The position numbers and the translations under genes are program-made. The notes below the pieces were generated by a model. The model saw only the letters and a list, made by a program, of their open reading frames with translations. It was not told where the DNA came from and made no database searches. DNA of 62,948 nucleotides, counting the filler, from Choristocarpus tenellus KU-1152 (taxonomy: Eukaryota > Protista > Phaeophyceae): the NCBI GenBank assembly GCA_964200185.2. It is 11 parts of 11 records of this genome, joined end to end, with 100 filler letters (N's around TTAATTAATTAA, not from the genome) between each part and the next. Parts side by side here need not be neighbours in the genome. Positions count along the whole stretch, not along the records: positions 22,872 to 27,970 come from CAXNAD020011881.1; positions 28,071 to 35,002 come from CAXNAD020007025.1; positions 35,103 to 38,146 come from CAXNAD020022729.1; 8 more parts are not named here. One strand, 5' to 3'. Positions 23,350 through 36,106 of the stretch are shown piece after piece (position 1 is the stretch's first letter; each line of letters opens with the position of its first letter).

Positions 23350-26150
23350 TTACTACTCAAAGACTTCGTGAACAAATCTCCATGTTGCTCACCAGAGTTT
23401 ACATACAGAGTCCAAGTAACTTAGAGGGTAGGACCGCGTCCATTAGGGGACGAAAATTCAATGTTGCGATTTTGAAATAATTTTGGCTGTCGTGTTTGTT
23501 AGGAAGTGTCAGTATCGTTGTTCCAGACACACCTTTTCATTAACGTATACATTTTACCTACTCCAAAATATTTTGGAGTAGGAAAATGTCTTAAAAACCC
23601 GTGGGAAGTAAAGTCCCAAATGGACAAGCAGGGCAAAACTCGTACCCTCTAAGATACTTTCACTCACATAATCTTTACCTTTCCCTCTTTTACTAGGTTT
23701 CTAACATAATGATATCTGATATCTATATTTTTTGTCCTCCCCCCTGAAGCTGTCTTCTCAGCCAACTTGATTGCCCCACTATTGTCTTGAAACAATTGTA
23801 CACAATACTTGTGTACAGTTGGCTCCAAAAAATATTGTACTTGTTGCAAGAACATAACCTCTTTGGCCAAATCACACAATGCAACTTACTCAGTCTCAGC
23901 AGTAGACAGTGTAACTGTTTTCTGCTTTCTCGACCACCAATCGACACATCCTCCCCCAAACATCACAACACCACTTGAAATAGACAATCTACTCTCTTTA
24001 CAATTAGTATAATCAGCATCAGTATAACCAATTGATTGATCCCTTGGTCCATTACCATAAAGTCCCAAAATCACCAAAGGTACTTCCATGTTCTCTAGTA
24101 CCCAATAGGTACCCAATCACTCTCCTAGTATTCAACCAATCAGTCAAACTTGGATTCTCCACACACGAAGTCATCTCTCTAACTGCAAAAGATACATCAG
24201 GTCTAGTCATTATTGCTGCCCACTATCCCACCAACCATCGCTTTGTAGCCATCTGGAACAAGCCCCTCCTACTCCACTCTCTTGGCGATTGATGGTAGTT
24301 CATAAGTTGTACCAATCCCATGTCTTTCTTCCATATCTCCTATGTACAAGCTCTGACCCACCACAAGTGTCCCAATTTTCCTATTCCTCCTGATCCTGCA
24401 TCCCATAAATTTGGCTACCTCACCCAAATTCACCATTGGGAACTTCTCATTAAGTCCCTCGATGATATGCACAGCATTACCAGACACGAATCTGCCTCAG
24501 ATTGTTCCTAGCCCAGTTCCAGCAAAGTTTCCACCTGCAGAATATTTTAGTTGTCCTAGTCCCGCCTTGGACCTCTGCACTCTCCCTTTTGCCATCCATC
24601 TGCCTCGGTCAAAAACCATCTTTGTCTCTAGTGCTTTGTGACCATCAGTGGAGCGAGGTACTTGAATCCACACTCCCCTGCTATCCAGATCATCCACTTC
24701 TTCATGAATAGCAGCTTCCACAAAGGCCACTCCTCACACTCTGTCGCTGCTCTCATGGTCTTAGGTTCTGGTGGGAGGGGTTTAACTTTCCCACCCGCAA
24801 GTAGACCTGCCGTCCGTTCCAATGATTCACCAGGTTCAAATGGGGGGTCGTGGTTATGATCCACAAGTCGCAGTAACAACTTTCCACCACTCCCCTGCTG
24901 TGACGTAGGTCGATCCATACTACCAGCACCAGTGTTCAGCATCCCATCAGTACGCCCATTTTCTTCCAAGATTCCATCCCCACTCAGCCCCCATGGGTCA
25001 GTAACAAATGCTCCAGCTCCACCCTGGGCGAGCTCAACAAATGCTAGAACATCCTCCACTAACGTTGCTTTCGGACTAGTTGACCCCCCTGGATCAAACT
25101 CTGGCGGGACCATCTTTGGGGTAGGTCCCTCCCCCCCAACAATCCCCTCTGGGACAATGGCATTAACTTTGACCTCCTCAGGGGAAAGCGTCCACTTCGC
25201 TACAGCATCATCCACTGATGTAGTAGTATCAAACATCGATCCTCCACAATCGACATCGCTTCCACTCCCCTCTTGAGTGAGATCGACATCTCTAGCCCCA
25301 GCGTGGGTTAGGTCGATACCTCTGGTCTCATCCTGTGCGAAATCGATTCCTTTAGCCCCCTCCTGGGCGAGATAATCAGATATCACAACCTCCTCCTCTG
25401 AAGTTGCGTTCATTCCAGTCGAGTCCACATAAACATCTTCCCCCTTTACCGAAGCACGATTCTCCATCTCCTGTGGAATTGGATGCCTATGACCCTTGCC
25501 GAGTGGGCAACCTCGACAAGATGGCTCCCATGTTCCAGTTAACAAAATATTCTGCGCCAGAGCGTCTTTCCTGTCCAACCCCTGATGAACATCACCTAAT
25601 CGTGTGTGCAGCTCATTCACATCCCTCGACGCAGTTTCCGGACCAAGATAATTCTTGGTTTGCCAGACGTTGCATCAGAGGTAGGGACATTAGTAGAATC
25701 AGAGCTGTTCCTCACACCCACTCTACTCATCCCCAGGGAGAATAATTCCTCCTCCCCCAATGTCGTGAAGGTGAGATTTCTTTCCCCGTTGTCCTTAAAA
25801 GTCGATATTCTGGTGGAGTCAATAGACCGGAAACTGTGTCCATCTCGCATGCAAGCCTTTGCAGAATACAAGTTCAAACCAAGATCAGGCACCACAAGTA
25901 CGTTTGTAAACACCACAGTTTCCTGTTTACCACTCAGAACACATTCCAATTGGATGTCCCCCTTGCCCACAATGTTAAGTGTTCCACCACCGTCAACTTC
26001 AACTATACCAACACAAGATTCCCAATTAAACATATTCTTATTGGTCATCGTAAAATTATGTGTGACTCCACTGTCCCAAATCCAAACCTCAACCCATGAT
26101 GGCCTCTTGAAAGGAAGTGATTTTACCTTACTAGCAAGATAACTCACTTG
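23350..26150 (-). pseudogene. pol: Copia pol relic (PR, IN N-terminal zinc finger, partial RT, RNase H), frameshifted, with MITE insertion
   Basis: DSG protease motif; LHTRLGD..CRGCPLGK; GVWIQVP..KMVF; RNase H end KIM/YVNSGEQHGDLFTKSL restored by removing the MITE; no YVDD and no IN core seen. Confidence 0.9.
23408..23665. mobile_element. MITE type B inserted in copia RNase H
   Basis: TIRs GAGTCCAAGTAACTTAGAGGGTA / TACCCTCTAAGATACTTTCACTC; TSD ACA; excision restores the reading frame. Confidence 0.92.
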
Positions 26151-26155
26151 ATTGG

Positions 26156-27286
26156 TTACTGAAAACCCCACCAGTCTCGGTTGTCCATCGCCAGATCCAT
26201 CCAACTTTGGTCCGCTTCCCTTGTTCTTAGAACCACCCCCCCCCGTGCGGTTTTTCTTCTTCTGGATGTTCGAAGATTCCTGACCTCTTGACGCTCCCAC
26301 TTTTCTGGGTATTCGAAGCTTTGATGTCCCTTTTCCCCGGATACAAAACACTTAATCCCCCCATCCCTCGCCTTCTGACTCTTGATGAGAGGACACTTAG
26401 ACCGAACGTGAGGTCCACCACATTCCCAGCAGCTGGGTTGTCCACCATTTCGACTGGATTGTCGTCCAGCTACCAGTGCCCCAGCTCTCACCCCCGCCGA
26501 GTCCGATCCTCTTTGGATGGAGCGCAGTCTATATCTTTTCAAGACTAATCGTTCCAACTTACTCCTTCCTTCCACCGATTCTTCATCATCAATCTGTGAC
26601 ATGATGTCCAGATATTCTTTGCCGAATGAATTTTGAAGCCACCCCACTTGATCTTCCTCCGAGACGGTACCTCCCAAGCTCTTTAACTCCATTATGAGAG
26701 CCTCCTGCCGTTTAATAATGGTCGCAGGATCTCCTCCAGGTTCTAGTACCATGTTCATCAGTTGCCTCTTCACCAGATTTCTCTCAGTCTGGCCTGAATG
26801 TGCATAGTTCTTCACCAGTGCGGCGAATGCCTCACTCGGTGACTCGTACGTCAGCATGATGTCCAACACTGGTCCTTCCGTTGCCTCCTGTAGTCCGTTG
26901 ATAGCAAGCGTCGTCGCATGGTGCAGATACGGATCCACACCTGCCGGGGAATACTCCAACGACAGTACCCTTAAATGCTCCTTCGTAGCTAATGGCTCCC
27001 TCCATCCCGATGAGAGAGCGTGCGTAAGAAGCGTTTTACTCCATTTCCTCCTCGTCCCTGGTTCCCCCTTAAACGTAGGTTGTTTCGAAGAATATATTTT
27101 TAATTTCGGGGTGAATACGGGTCTAGCCCCCATGACCACCGTATCTCTTGCCCCAACCCTAGCCTCGCCCCCTTGCGAAGCTGATGTCCCATCATGTATC
27201 ACATCCCCCTCCCGGGTCATAGTCAGTTCATCCATTCCGTCATCTATGGAGTTAAGAATTAGATCGATTCTTGATCTGGGCATCAT
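26156..27286 (-). CDS. gag: Copia Gag (ORF leaves the gag-pol frame near its 3' end)
   Basis: 376-aa ORF with copia gag-type helices (ELKSLGGTVSEEDQVGWL) and zinc knuckle CWECGGPHVRSKC. Confidence 0.85.
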   Translation of the reverse strand: MMPRSRIDLILNSIDDGMDELTMTREGDVIHDGTSASQGGEARVGARDTVVMGARPVFTPKLKIYSSKQPTFKGEPGTRRKWSKTLLTHALSSGWREPLATKEHLRVLSLEYSPAGVDPYLHHATTLAINGLQEATEGPVLDIMLTYESPSEAFAALVKNYAHSGQTERNLVKRQLMNMVLEPGGDPATIIKRQEALIMELKSLGGTVSEEDQVGWLQNSFGKEYLDIMSQIDDEESVEGRSKLERLVLKRYRLRSIQRGSDSAGVRAGALVAGRQSSRNGGQPSCWECGGPHVRSKCPLIKSQKARDGGIKCFVSGEKGHQSFEYPEKWERQEVRNLRTSRRRKTARGGVVLRTREADQSWMDLAMDNRDWWGFQ

Positions 27287-27368
27287 GATTTATCTTGACT
27301 CCTTCCTGGTGATAGCTAAAATCCAAGTATTAGAACTACGCAAGCACGCTTAATAGGGTGCTATAGCA

Positions 27369-27687
27369 TGTTAAGCTGTCCTTGATGATCTGTTGTCACA
27401 CACAACTAGTTATATTATTGTTTATTAGCTTGTACCACAGTTGAGAAGAGAGTGAGATATCTGTACTTGGTGGGGCTCACCAGTCCTTACATTGAATGAC
27501 TCAGAATATCAAATGACTCAACGTTTCTCTAGTACACGTCAGAAACACTCCGACTCTAAAAGTCCGCTGATTACTTCTGGTCAAATACCCCGCCTAAACA
27601 TCCCGAATGTCCTGCATTATCTTCAGTGCGTACATAAAATAATACTTCAAATCATATTCTCACAAATGGTCAAGCATGATCTTGACA
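27369..27687 (-). repeat. 5' LTR, about 319 bp
   Basis: TGTCAAG...CTTAACA terminal inverted motifs; matches the 3' LTR and 50752-51039. Confidence 0.85.
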
Positions 27688-27769
27688 ATCCCGAACGATG
27701 CCTTGAAAAAATTCGTACAGACGGGAATGCCGGCCGCGAGCATAGATCCACATCGAGGTCCCAACTTAA

Positions 27770-27970
27770 TCACAGGTACACGCTCGCCAACGAACTCCTG
27801 CGATCGTGGCGGTTGTCACACGCCCGGATGATGTCCTGCTCTTTGGCCAAGGTGCGTGCAAGGAAGTCCTCGCCATCTGCCGCGAACTTCTGCACACAGG
27901 CTAAGCACGTGCAGCAGACATGCTGTTCGTTGACTGGGATGGGTTCAACCCATCCCAGTCGAAGCTTGGC
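27770..27970 (-). CDS. C-terminal end of an unidentified Cys-containing ORF (…HVCCTCLACVQKFAADG…SVYL*)
   Basis: GC-rich open frame running from contig end to TGA at 27772-27770. Confidence 0.35.
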   Translation of the reverse strand, partial: AKLRLGWVEPIPVNEQHVCCTCLACVQKFAADGEDFLARTLAKEQDIIRACDNRHDRRSSLASVYL

Positions 27971-30377
27971 NNNNNNNNNNNNNNNNNNNNNNNNNNNNNN
28001 NNNNNNNNNNNNNNTTAATTAATTAANNNNNNNNNNNNNNNNNNNNNNNNNNNNNNNNNNNNNNNNNNNNGCGAAGAGATTTTGGGGGGGGGTGGGGGGA
28101 TGGAGGAGGGAGGTAAGGGGAGAGGGCGGGGGGAGGAGGGAGGGATTATGACTGAGTGAGTCATCTCCATGATACCCCTCAGTCTATCCAGCGAACATGT
28201 TTCAAAGGACAGGATGATGGCGCACAAAAGAACGTAAAATGCAGCAAGAAACAACAGCAGCCCTTGCAATGCGGCATCAAGAGTCCAATTAGGACTCTCC
28301 CGCTCTTCCGAAAATGTGAGACACAATCTAACCATACACCCACAGCACTGCTCCTGGGTTCCACCATTTCACCACAGTATGATCACAGAGTAGGACTGCA
28401 GCACCTGCCCTTATGCCATCTCCTTGTCTTTGAGTTGAACCAATCACGAGACTTGATAGCACAAATACCCTAGAGCTAGGTAAGATGGAAAGCATAGGTC
28501 AAAGTTGATTACTTATTTCTTTGACACCCTGACGCCTTCCATGGGGCAGGAGGTGACGCAGACTGGAAAAAATGCTTACCAGACACATTCTCGTCCTATC
28601 TCACCCATGCAGAAGAGTTCCACCGAATTGTCAAGGTCTACTGCTATCCTATGAGTGATTAAGTAGGTAGGCATGAATTGATTTCAAACAGTGGTGCAGT
28701 GAAAAAGGGCTCTTGCCTGAGGTAACGGAGGTTGCATACTGACAAATGCTAGGCTCACACCGAGCAGCTCAGTAGGCACCACGTTGCTACTCAGTAGACA
28801 AAAACAAAGGGACTATGAACTAGATGCACTTTCGTAAACCGAGGGCGTGGGATGTAACTGTATCAGCAGGCTCAAGAGGAACATGTTCTAGCACAGCAGG
28901 AAGCAAATCCTCAGCGGTAGGATTACAGCTTTGTGGAGTGTTATCTTCCACGCGAGATTACACCAACATTCTTGGCCTAATCCGGCACATTCAGACATTG
29001 TTTTCACACCATCAACCATTCTAAACAGCATAACTCGCCCTTGCAATGAGATTTCGGAAACACTACCTCAGTCCTGCAAACAGCAGCAAAAATTACACAC
29101 AGGAACAGTAACATGTGCTTCTGGGCCACCATGATGTCGTGATTGACACACCTGTGGAAGTGTAACTGGTGCATCATGCTACAGAGTGAGTTTTCTCCGG
29201 CTACAGTATACAGTATACAACATACAGAAAGCTGTGACACTTCAAGACTCTATGGAGCAACTCCATGATGCTACTGAAGAAAATGTGCACTGCCAACAGA
29301 ACACTAGTTTGTCCCATTTAGACTGGCCAATTTATCACAAAACAAGGAGATATCCTGAAGGCGAGAAAAACGGGGCTCAGCAATAGATCGCACCCAGTTG
29401 CAATGATGTGTTATTAAATCACCAACTGGACTGACAATAGGAACAAAGGGTGTGATTTATGGATAAAGAGTTTCACACTAGCATGTTCCATCAAACTCTT
29501 TGTGTAGGACCTGGAAAATTTTACCTTCAAACAAAGCCGCTGGGTTTGTTGCCCCTCGCGTTCTCAACTACACTCCTAACGTTATTCTGAAACAACCAAG
29601 GTCCATATTTTCCTCATACTGCGTCGACAATTTGGAACATATCTTGGGAAACTTCACATGCTTGCTAGTGAAGAGTGAAAGCGACCATATTCGATGCCAG
29701 ATCAAAGTTGAACGTGTCTCCATATATGCACTTGGGATCATCGATATTCCTCTCTTAATTCCTCATGCAATCTTTTTCGCAAAGGCAACAATAGACTTTC
29801 ATTTTCCCTAGAAAATTTGTCGTACTTCCTCCATGCTGCAATAAGGGGAGATGTCACTCGCGCAATCCTAGTAATAAGATAATGTTAGATGACGAGAAAG
29901 AGTGGGGAAAAGCTCTGCTCTTACATAATTGCGATTTATAAATAACATCACACCAATCAGCCGAATCAGGTGTCTTATTGAACCACTAACCTTGACCACA
30001 CCTTCATTGCACTCTTCTTTATTGCAGTCAACGTCAAAACTGCTACGGTTACTTCTCCGTGGTTATTTCTCAGTAAAATACTAGTTACAAATGAAGGTCC
30101 TTGTTTGTTTTCAGCCCAGCTCATCAGTGCACTGATCATCCCGTCTCCCGTATTCCTGCTTCATTGTAACTGAAGCAATAACTCCGTGCATCCTGGTTTC
30201 TGCATGACTTACAACTACTGGTGGGAAACATTATAAATCCGTACTGTATGTCACGATCCTAAAGACCAACGCTAATCTTATCCACGTACCGGATTTGAAA
30301 ACACACCCCAAACACTATCCCTCCGCTTCTGAAGGGTTCATTTGGTGGGGCTCGTTACGACACCTTTTTTTTATTAC

Positions 30378-30663
30378 CTGTGCAAGGAAGGGAGGTGAAC
30401 CACCCTTGCCTGTGCTGGCATCGGTCCCATCACCAACATTAGCGACTTCTACCACATCGTCCACGTACACCGTATCCCCTGTAGACTTCAGGTCCACCGC
30501 ACTGTAGTATCTGCGCCTGACTCCCACCTCCTCTCCATGCCCACCCTTCGGCGCAGGGATGGGAATCCCCACCCATGCCAGCTTTCTTCGCGACTCCGAT
30601 GCATTAGTCCTGCCGCTCATATCCCCAAGAAAGCGCGCCCCAGCCCAGGCCAAACCTTGGCCT
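30378..30663 (-). CDS. Exon encoding the start of a BAH-like domain (chromatin protein)
   Basis: W-G-P...RRYYSAVDL..GDTVYVDDVVEV...PFLAQ|gtaat resembles the BAH N-terminal strands; flanked by cag| and |gt. Confidence 0.55.
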
Positions 30664-33450
30664 CTGATGTGCAACAATAGAAATTACCTATCTTCCACCC
30701 CTTACTTGATTGTTGCTTCTTAGTTCTTACCAGAAATAGGAAAATAAAAATATGTTCTCTATAAATATCTCCATATATCTCTTATACTTCTCATCACTGT
30801 TGTTAAATAACTTGCTAATGGAAAATAATATTACTCACTTATTCTCTTCATTAATTTCGCGCATCCGCACCAACCAAACTTCCTTTCATAAGAATCTATT
30901 ATGCCATTCGAATATCCGAAGTGTATTGAGACAGCAACCTATTATTGTACACATTAAAAAAACAGTATCCTATTTGTCCCTACATCACAAAACGCCAATC
31001 TACAAGAAGAGGTGAGAAGGGTTGGTTCACTAATTACATACTTCATTGTTCATTTCTTCATAATCCATACCTTCATCACCCAGCAATGTTTGTGAGAGTG
31101 GGTGCAACAAAAAGGTACGAGGTAGGAGGATAGCGATGAGTGATGAGACAAATGAACCCAATGATCGATAAGAAAGGCAAGAATGGAGTCAGTACAATTA
31201 GTCGTAGTCCAACAATCAATTAAAGCAGTATATGAGCGAAGTTGTCCAGTGCGTAGTACCTCTGTCCACGGGTCGGGATATAGTTTCCAAACTAAAACAA
31301 AGAAAATAATCAAGATAGCACTAGAGTTGATGGTACTAGTAGGTATCACAAGATGCAAAGCGGTGGTTAATCAATCTATCGTCAGACACCCCCCCATTCC
31401 TTACCTCTCTAGTCAAACCGTTTTGCCTAACATTATCGAGAGGATCATTGGCCTAGAAGGTGATAAGTTTGATTTTACATTGCTTGGAAAGGCCCTGACC
31501 TGTGATTCTTTCTTTTGTTCACAATTCCCTACTTGCCACTTTGAAGGATACACGCAGCCCACAGTTACGTGTGTGCTTTTGGCTAGTGCACAGGTGTGCA
31601 TAGACTCACCCTGGCACAGCCCACCTCAGTCACCCAGGCACAGCCCCCACTTACCCTTGTCCTCCTGGTGCCGCTGGAGCACAGCGACTGCTAACCGAAG
31701 AATCTTCTGACTATTTTTCCCCCAAGCACTGCCCCATGGGATCACCCTAGCACACAGCACCCGTTGTTCCTTTCCTCCTGCAATTACTGGAGCATAGTGG
31801 CTACTAACTGGCGTGGCTTTCACTCCTCTTTTTCCCCACCACAGTCTTTCCCTGTTTTACCCACGTACTTGTGCATGTGAGAGCCTTGTGCAGTGCCCTG
31901 TCCTGTCTGTGGAAGGTCAGAGCCGTGGCACATCATGGTTGTCGCAACTGAGATACAGGAGTACACAACGCAGACCAGGCTCCCACATCAACCCTTCTCG
32001 ATGTGTAGATCAGAGTGTGGTGAAGAAAAACCCTTATTCCCACGTACCCATATAGACCTCGACTGACAACCGCACATCGCCCATCTTGAATAGCAAGAAG
32101 AAGGTTGAAAACAAAACGTTTTCGATCCATCCAAGCACACAACAACTTCAGCAATACAATTCACCTTCAATCGATCAAATCATGTTCAATATAACGGAAA
32201 GAACTGTAACAGCTTCAAAATGACCTATTGCAAGAAAAATAAACCCAAAAAGAAAACAACATTCAGCAGAGAATGACGGGGTGGTGTTGGTGGATTGGGT
32301 GACCTTAGTTGCCGCCTTGGCATGACATACTCTAGCTATCAGAGCTTTCTTGGAATGCTATTCAGTTATGAATCTGGTTGTGTGTTCAGCCACACACCCA
32401 CAACAGTCCTGTTGGTAAGTGACCCTGGTGCTCCAACCCTCAACTCCAGTCCCAAACTTATCAAGATCGTCTTGGAGGCATGTGTCCACCAGCTCTTCTT
32501 CTGCCCACCTTTCTTCCATTTTTGAACTGTATGTTTCTCAAATGTCAATATCTTATACCCAATACAATGTGGTCAACCATCTCTTTTTTGAATAGTATCA
32601 CCTTCACAGTTCGATTTATTTCTTCTTCTTTTCATTACTTTTTTTCGCATCGCAGATCATCAATCAGTTAATCGTGGATGATCACAAACTGTGACCAGCA
32701 TTACTATTCTGTCACATACACAATTACTTCTCTTATCATTCTACTATTATGTACGAACTGTTGCACTATGACTACTTGTACCGCTTCCGTTCCTGCCTTG
32801 CTTCTCGCATGTAGGGTTCGCAACACTTCCATCGCTCTTTGCTCCCTCTCCTCCCATGAATCTTCTGCTGGATGGATCCGTCACACAAAGCTTCCGCCTT
32901 GATCTTTGAACAGCTTTTTTGCGATATAGCTCAGACAGGGCAGTGCAGGTGTATAATCTGTTGTGTTAGCCATGCGGAGTAGCATAATCGAAACCAAATT
33001 TCGTTGAAAACGTTTGCCGTCAAAGAGATTCAACGTTCATGATTTTATCCAAGTAGGTACGATCTTTATCACTAAACCACGACAACGCTTCAACAATTAG
33101 CATCATATTAATAATCACATTGGTTAAGGGATCCCAGGTCCGTTTTGGAACCTTGACTAAATTCATGTGAAGTGTTCTAAAATCGAAATAATTTATGAAT
33201 ATAAGTTAAATCCAATAGGGAGTTTTCGTCGAATCCCGTGGTTCGTGCACAAGACGACGTGAAAGGAACTCTTCATATCCGTGTTGTTTTTCCCCCTATG
33301 ACTACATATATATGTGAAAGCCATCTTCCATAGAAGGTATACCCTGAAGGTAACCTAGCTTGAATATTATGATATTCGTATGACATTTGTTCTTATATGT
33401 TGAAGGTAACATCTGCTTGAAGTAAGATTCGGGTGGTTTGGAGTGACCTT

Positions 33451-33709
33451 GAGTGAAAGTATCTTAGAGGGTACGAGTTTTGCCCTGTTTGTCCATTTGG
33501 GGCTTGACTTCCCATGGGTTTTTTATGACATTTTCTTACTCCAAAGTGTTTAGGAAGTAGGTAAAATGTATACGTCATGAAAAGGTGTGCCCGAAACATA
33601 GATATTGACACCTCCTAACAAACACGATAGCCAAAATTACATCAAAATCGCAACATTGGATTTTGACCCCCAAATGGACACGGCTCTACCCTCTAAGATA
33701 CTTTGGCTC
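33451..33709. mobile_element. MITE type B, complete (259 bp)
   Basis: TIRs GAGTGAAAGTATCTTAGAGGGTA / TACCCTCTAAGATACTTTGGCTC; flanks CCTT/ACTT. Confidence 0.92.
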
Positions 33710-34229
33710 ACTTGTTCAGTTGCTTGCAGTGCTACAATTCCATCTGATTTACTCAAACTCATAGGTCAAGTACCTTGCCCCCAATGGCAATAGGGCTCCG
33801 AGGTGAAGGGAGAAGCCTTGGGGGAAACAGCCCTACCATACAAAACAAGGGGGCTACCACTGTGGAGGCTACCGACACCTATGATCGTACAGGCTCTCAC
33901 CTTGAACACAATGTCTCAAACGAGGATTGGGATATGGAGGTAATTAAAGCTACAGTATCCACACACTTTGAGGATTATGGTGTGTTTGATCTTTTACACG
34001 ACTATGATAGGCTTCCCTCATTCTTCGAATCCCGCTATATATTAAACGATTTTGATGCAATGATCTCTCTGCACCAAAGTTCATTAGGAGTTGTGCCATT
34101 TCTCAGGTCGCTTCAGCTTGCAATGTCAGTCTGCTCTTTTTGCACCAGCTGTGTAATTCATTATTTCCAACTCAATCACCTTGTTTGTTCTTTCAATAGT
34201 GACACCTTCTACATCTGTCTCGCTGATAG

Positions 34230-34706
34230 GGTGACTTGGAATGCGACTTTGACGTGAGACGTAGGTCAGACAGAGGATGCATACCTCTCCTCCTGAAGAT
34301 GGCCCGCACAAAGAATGACCGTGGCCGACATCAAGATAGCATCGTGGAACAGGAGGCAAGGCACAACAGAGCTGAACCGACAATATTTATTGGGTGTTTG
34401 TTAGGGGGTATCAAATCTATCATCTTCATTATCTTAACCAATGTATAATTCACTATACCGTCCCTTCCCTAAACCATAGCAGATGGCATTCATTGTGCTA
34501 CGAGACCTTGCTAGTTCCAACAACCTCTGCAGCGAGGCTATCAGTGCACAGGGTGGGATTTCAATCCTCCTTGCTGCAGTTCGAGGCTGCTCCTCCAAGG
34601 CGAGGAGAGCTGCAGCTGGTCTGTTCGCTGAATTGAGCATTAGTCCTGGGCAGAGGCAAGCACTAAAGCAGGCAGGAGGTCTGCTAATTCTGCTTCAATT
34701 TCAGAG
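34230..34706 (+). CDS. Armadillo-repeat protein, exons 34230-34355 and 34483-34706 (upstream exon probably from about 33784)
   Basis: GCIPLLLKM…VEQE/MAFIVLRDLASSN…AISAQGGISILL…ARRAAAGLFAELS…ALKQAGGLLILL are ARM consensus repeats; joined by a GC-AG intron. Confidence 0.75.
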
Positions 34707-34751
34707 GTATGTATCGCGGACTAAGTCCTTATCCTCCCTTCTGCAGCTCCT

Positions 34752-35002
34752 GAGTGAAAGTATCTTAGAGGGTACACGTTTTACCCGGTTTGTTAATTAT
34801 TTATTGGTGCTTGTCTTCCCATCAGTGTTTTTTTTTAATGACATTTTCCTACTCCAAATTGTTTCGGAGTAGGTAAAATGCTAATTTTATGAAAAGGCGT
34901 GTCTGGAACAAGGATATTGACACTTCCTAACAAACACGATAGCCAAAATTACATCCAAATCGCAACATTGGATTTTGGTCCCCAAATGGACGCGGCCTTA
35001 CC
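34752..35002. mobile_element. MITE type B in ARM-gene intron, truncated at contig end
   Basis: GAGTGAAAGTATCTTAGAGGGTAC start; body homologous to 33451-33709. Confidence 0.9.
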
Positions 35003-36106
35003 NNNNNNNNNNNNNNNNNNNNNNNNNNNNNNNNNNNNNNNNNNNNTTAATTAATTAANNNNNNNNNNNNNNNNNNNNNNNNNNNNNNNNNNNNNNNNNN
35101 NNCACTTGTACCCCCGGAGTGCTCCAGGGCACTAGGCATAGAAGCACCTCACACACACACACTACCGTACAACTTCATCCTACTCTACAACAATAAATAA
35201 ATAGCATTTGACACCAAACTCGAATTCGGCGAGCGAACGCACACCGTGTACACCCCCTGGCCTGCTCGCAAAATAGACACGCAATCCGACCAATAGAGTC
35301 AACCCCATTCCCACATGCCTCAGGACACCCCCCCCCCCAACACCTTGCAGCAAGCCACCTCAACTGAATCAAAGTATTCAAGACAGGGGAGACAGGGGTG
35401 TCCCACTAAGTTCAAGGATCACTCTCACACGTTGGTAGCACGAGCTGCATGTTTTAATTGCATTAGTTCTGGATGTTTTTGTGGGTTTTATGTTCAGTGT
35501 GTAGAAGCAAGCAGTTATCCTCATTGATGACCTCTTTTGAATTAGTTCTATCTTCTTCAAAAACAATATCAATTTTTTCTTTTAAAAAAATACCAGAACA
35601 GTTGAATCACTCACCACTCTCATTACTTAGATATGCTGCTAACCCTAACCCCAACCCATCAAAAAACGTGATGGGTACTAACTCATTAGGACTACATCCT
35701 GGCAGCATCAAAACCTTTGTCAAAACTTTGAGGATTGTTCAGACATCAGTTACATTATTTTAAAAAAAAGCGTATAATGGAAAAAAACAAAAAAATGACA
35801 AACTTATTGAAATTATAGCACATTCAGCACTTTCAGGTAATGTACCCTATTTTGACATAATTCAAAGTAGTACTTGGCAGTCTACAGTACCCAATTTTCA
35901 CACAAACACACACCACTTCATCTTGGACAATCAATAAAAACAAGACAAATAGCAATAGAAAACCATATACAATAACTCAAAAAACCCCTCCAACCCTAAC
36001 CCTATCACACACTCCAATATATAATACCATGAAATATAGTCGGCTTTCCAGGCATCTGAACTAAAAAAAAACTAATCCCGGTATACCAACCAACAAGAGT
36101 GATTAC

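Larger units (their letters stand above)
22872..27687 (-). mobile_element. Ty1/copia LTR retrotransposon, internally deleted and non-autonomous
   Basis: Two LTRs with 5 mismatches counted over the 252 bp shared; PPT; gag with CCHC knuckle; protease WIWDSGVTHN; RT N-terminal and thumb remnants; RNase H (YTDAD, SRKQKTVTLST, DNSGAI, RTKNIDIRYH); copia domain order. Confidence 0.95.

Noticed and set aside
31400-33000. Chain of small phase-compatible minus-strand exons upstream of the BAH exon
   Set aside because: Several alternative models are possible and no recognisable domain results; not supportable without transcripts.
33451-33709. MITEs as introner-like self-splicing insertions
   Set aside because: Ends lack a terminal AG acceptor in either orientation, and no copy sits at an exon-exon junction of a host gene here.
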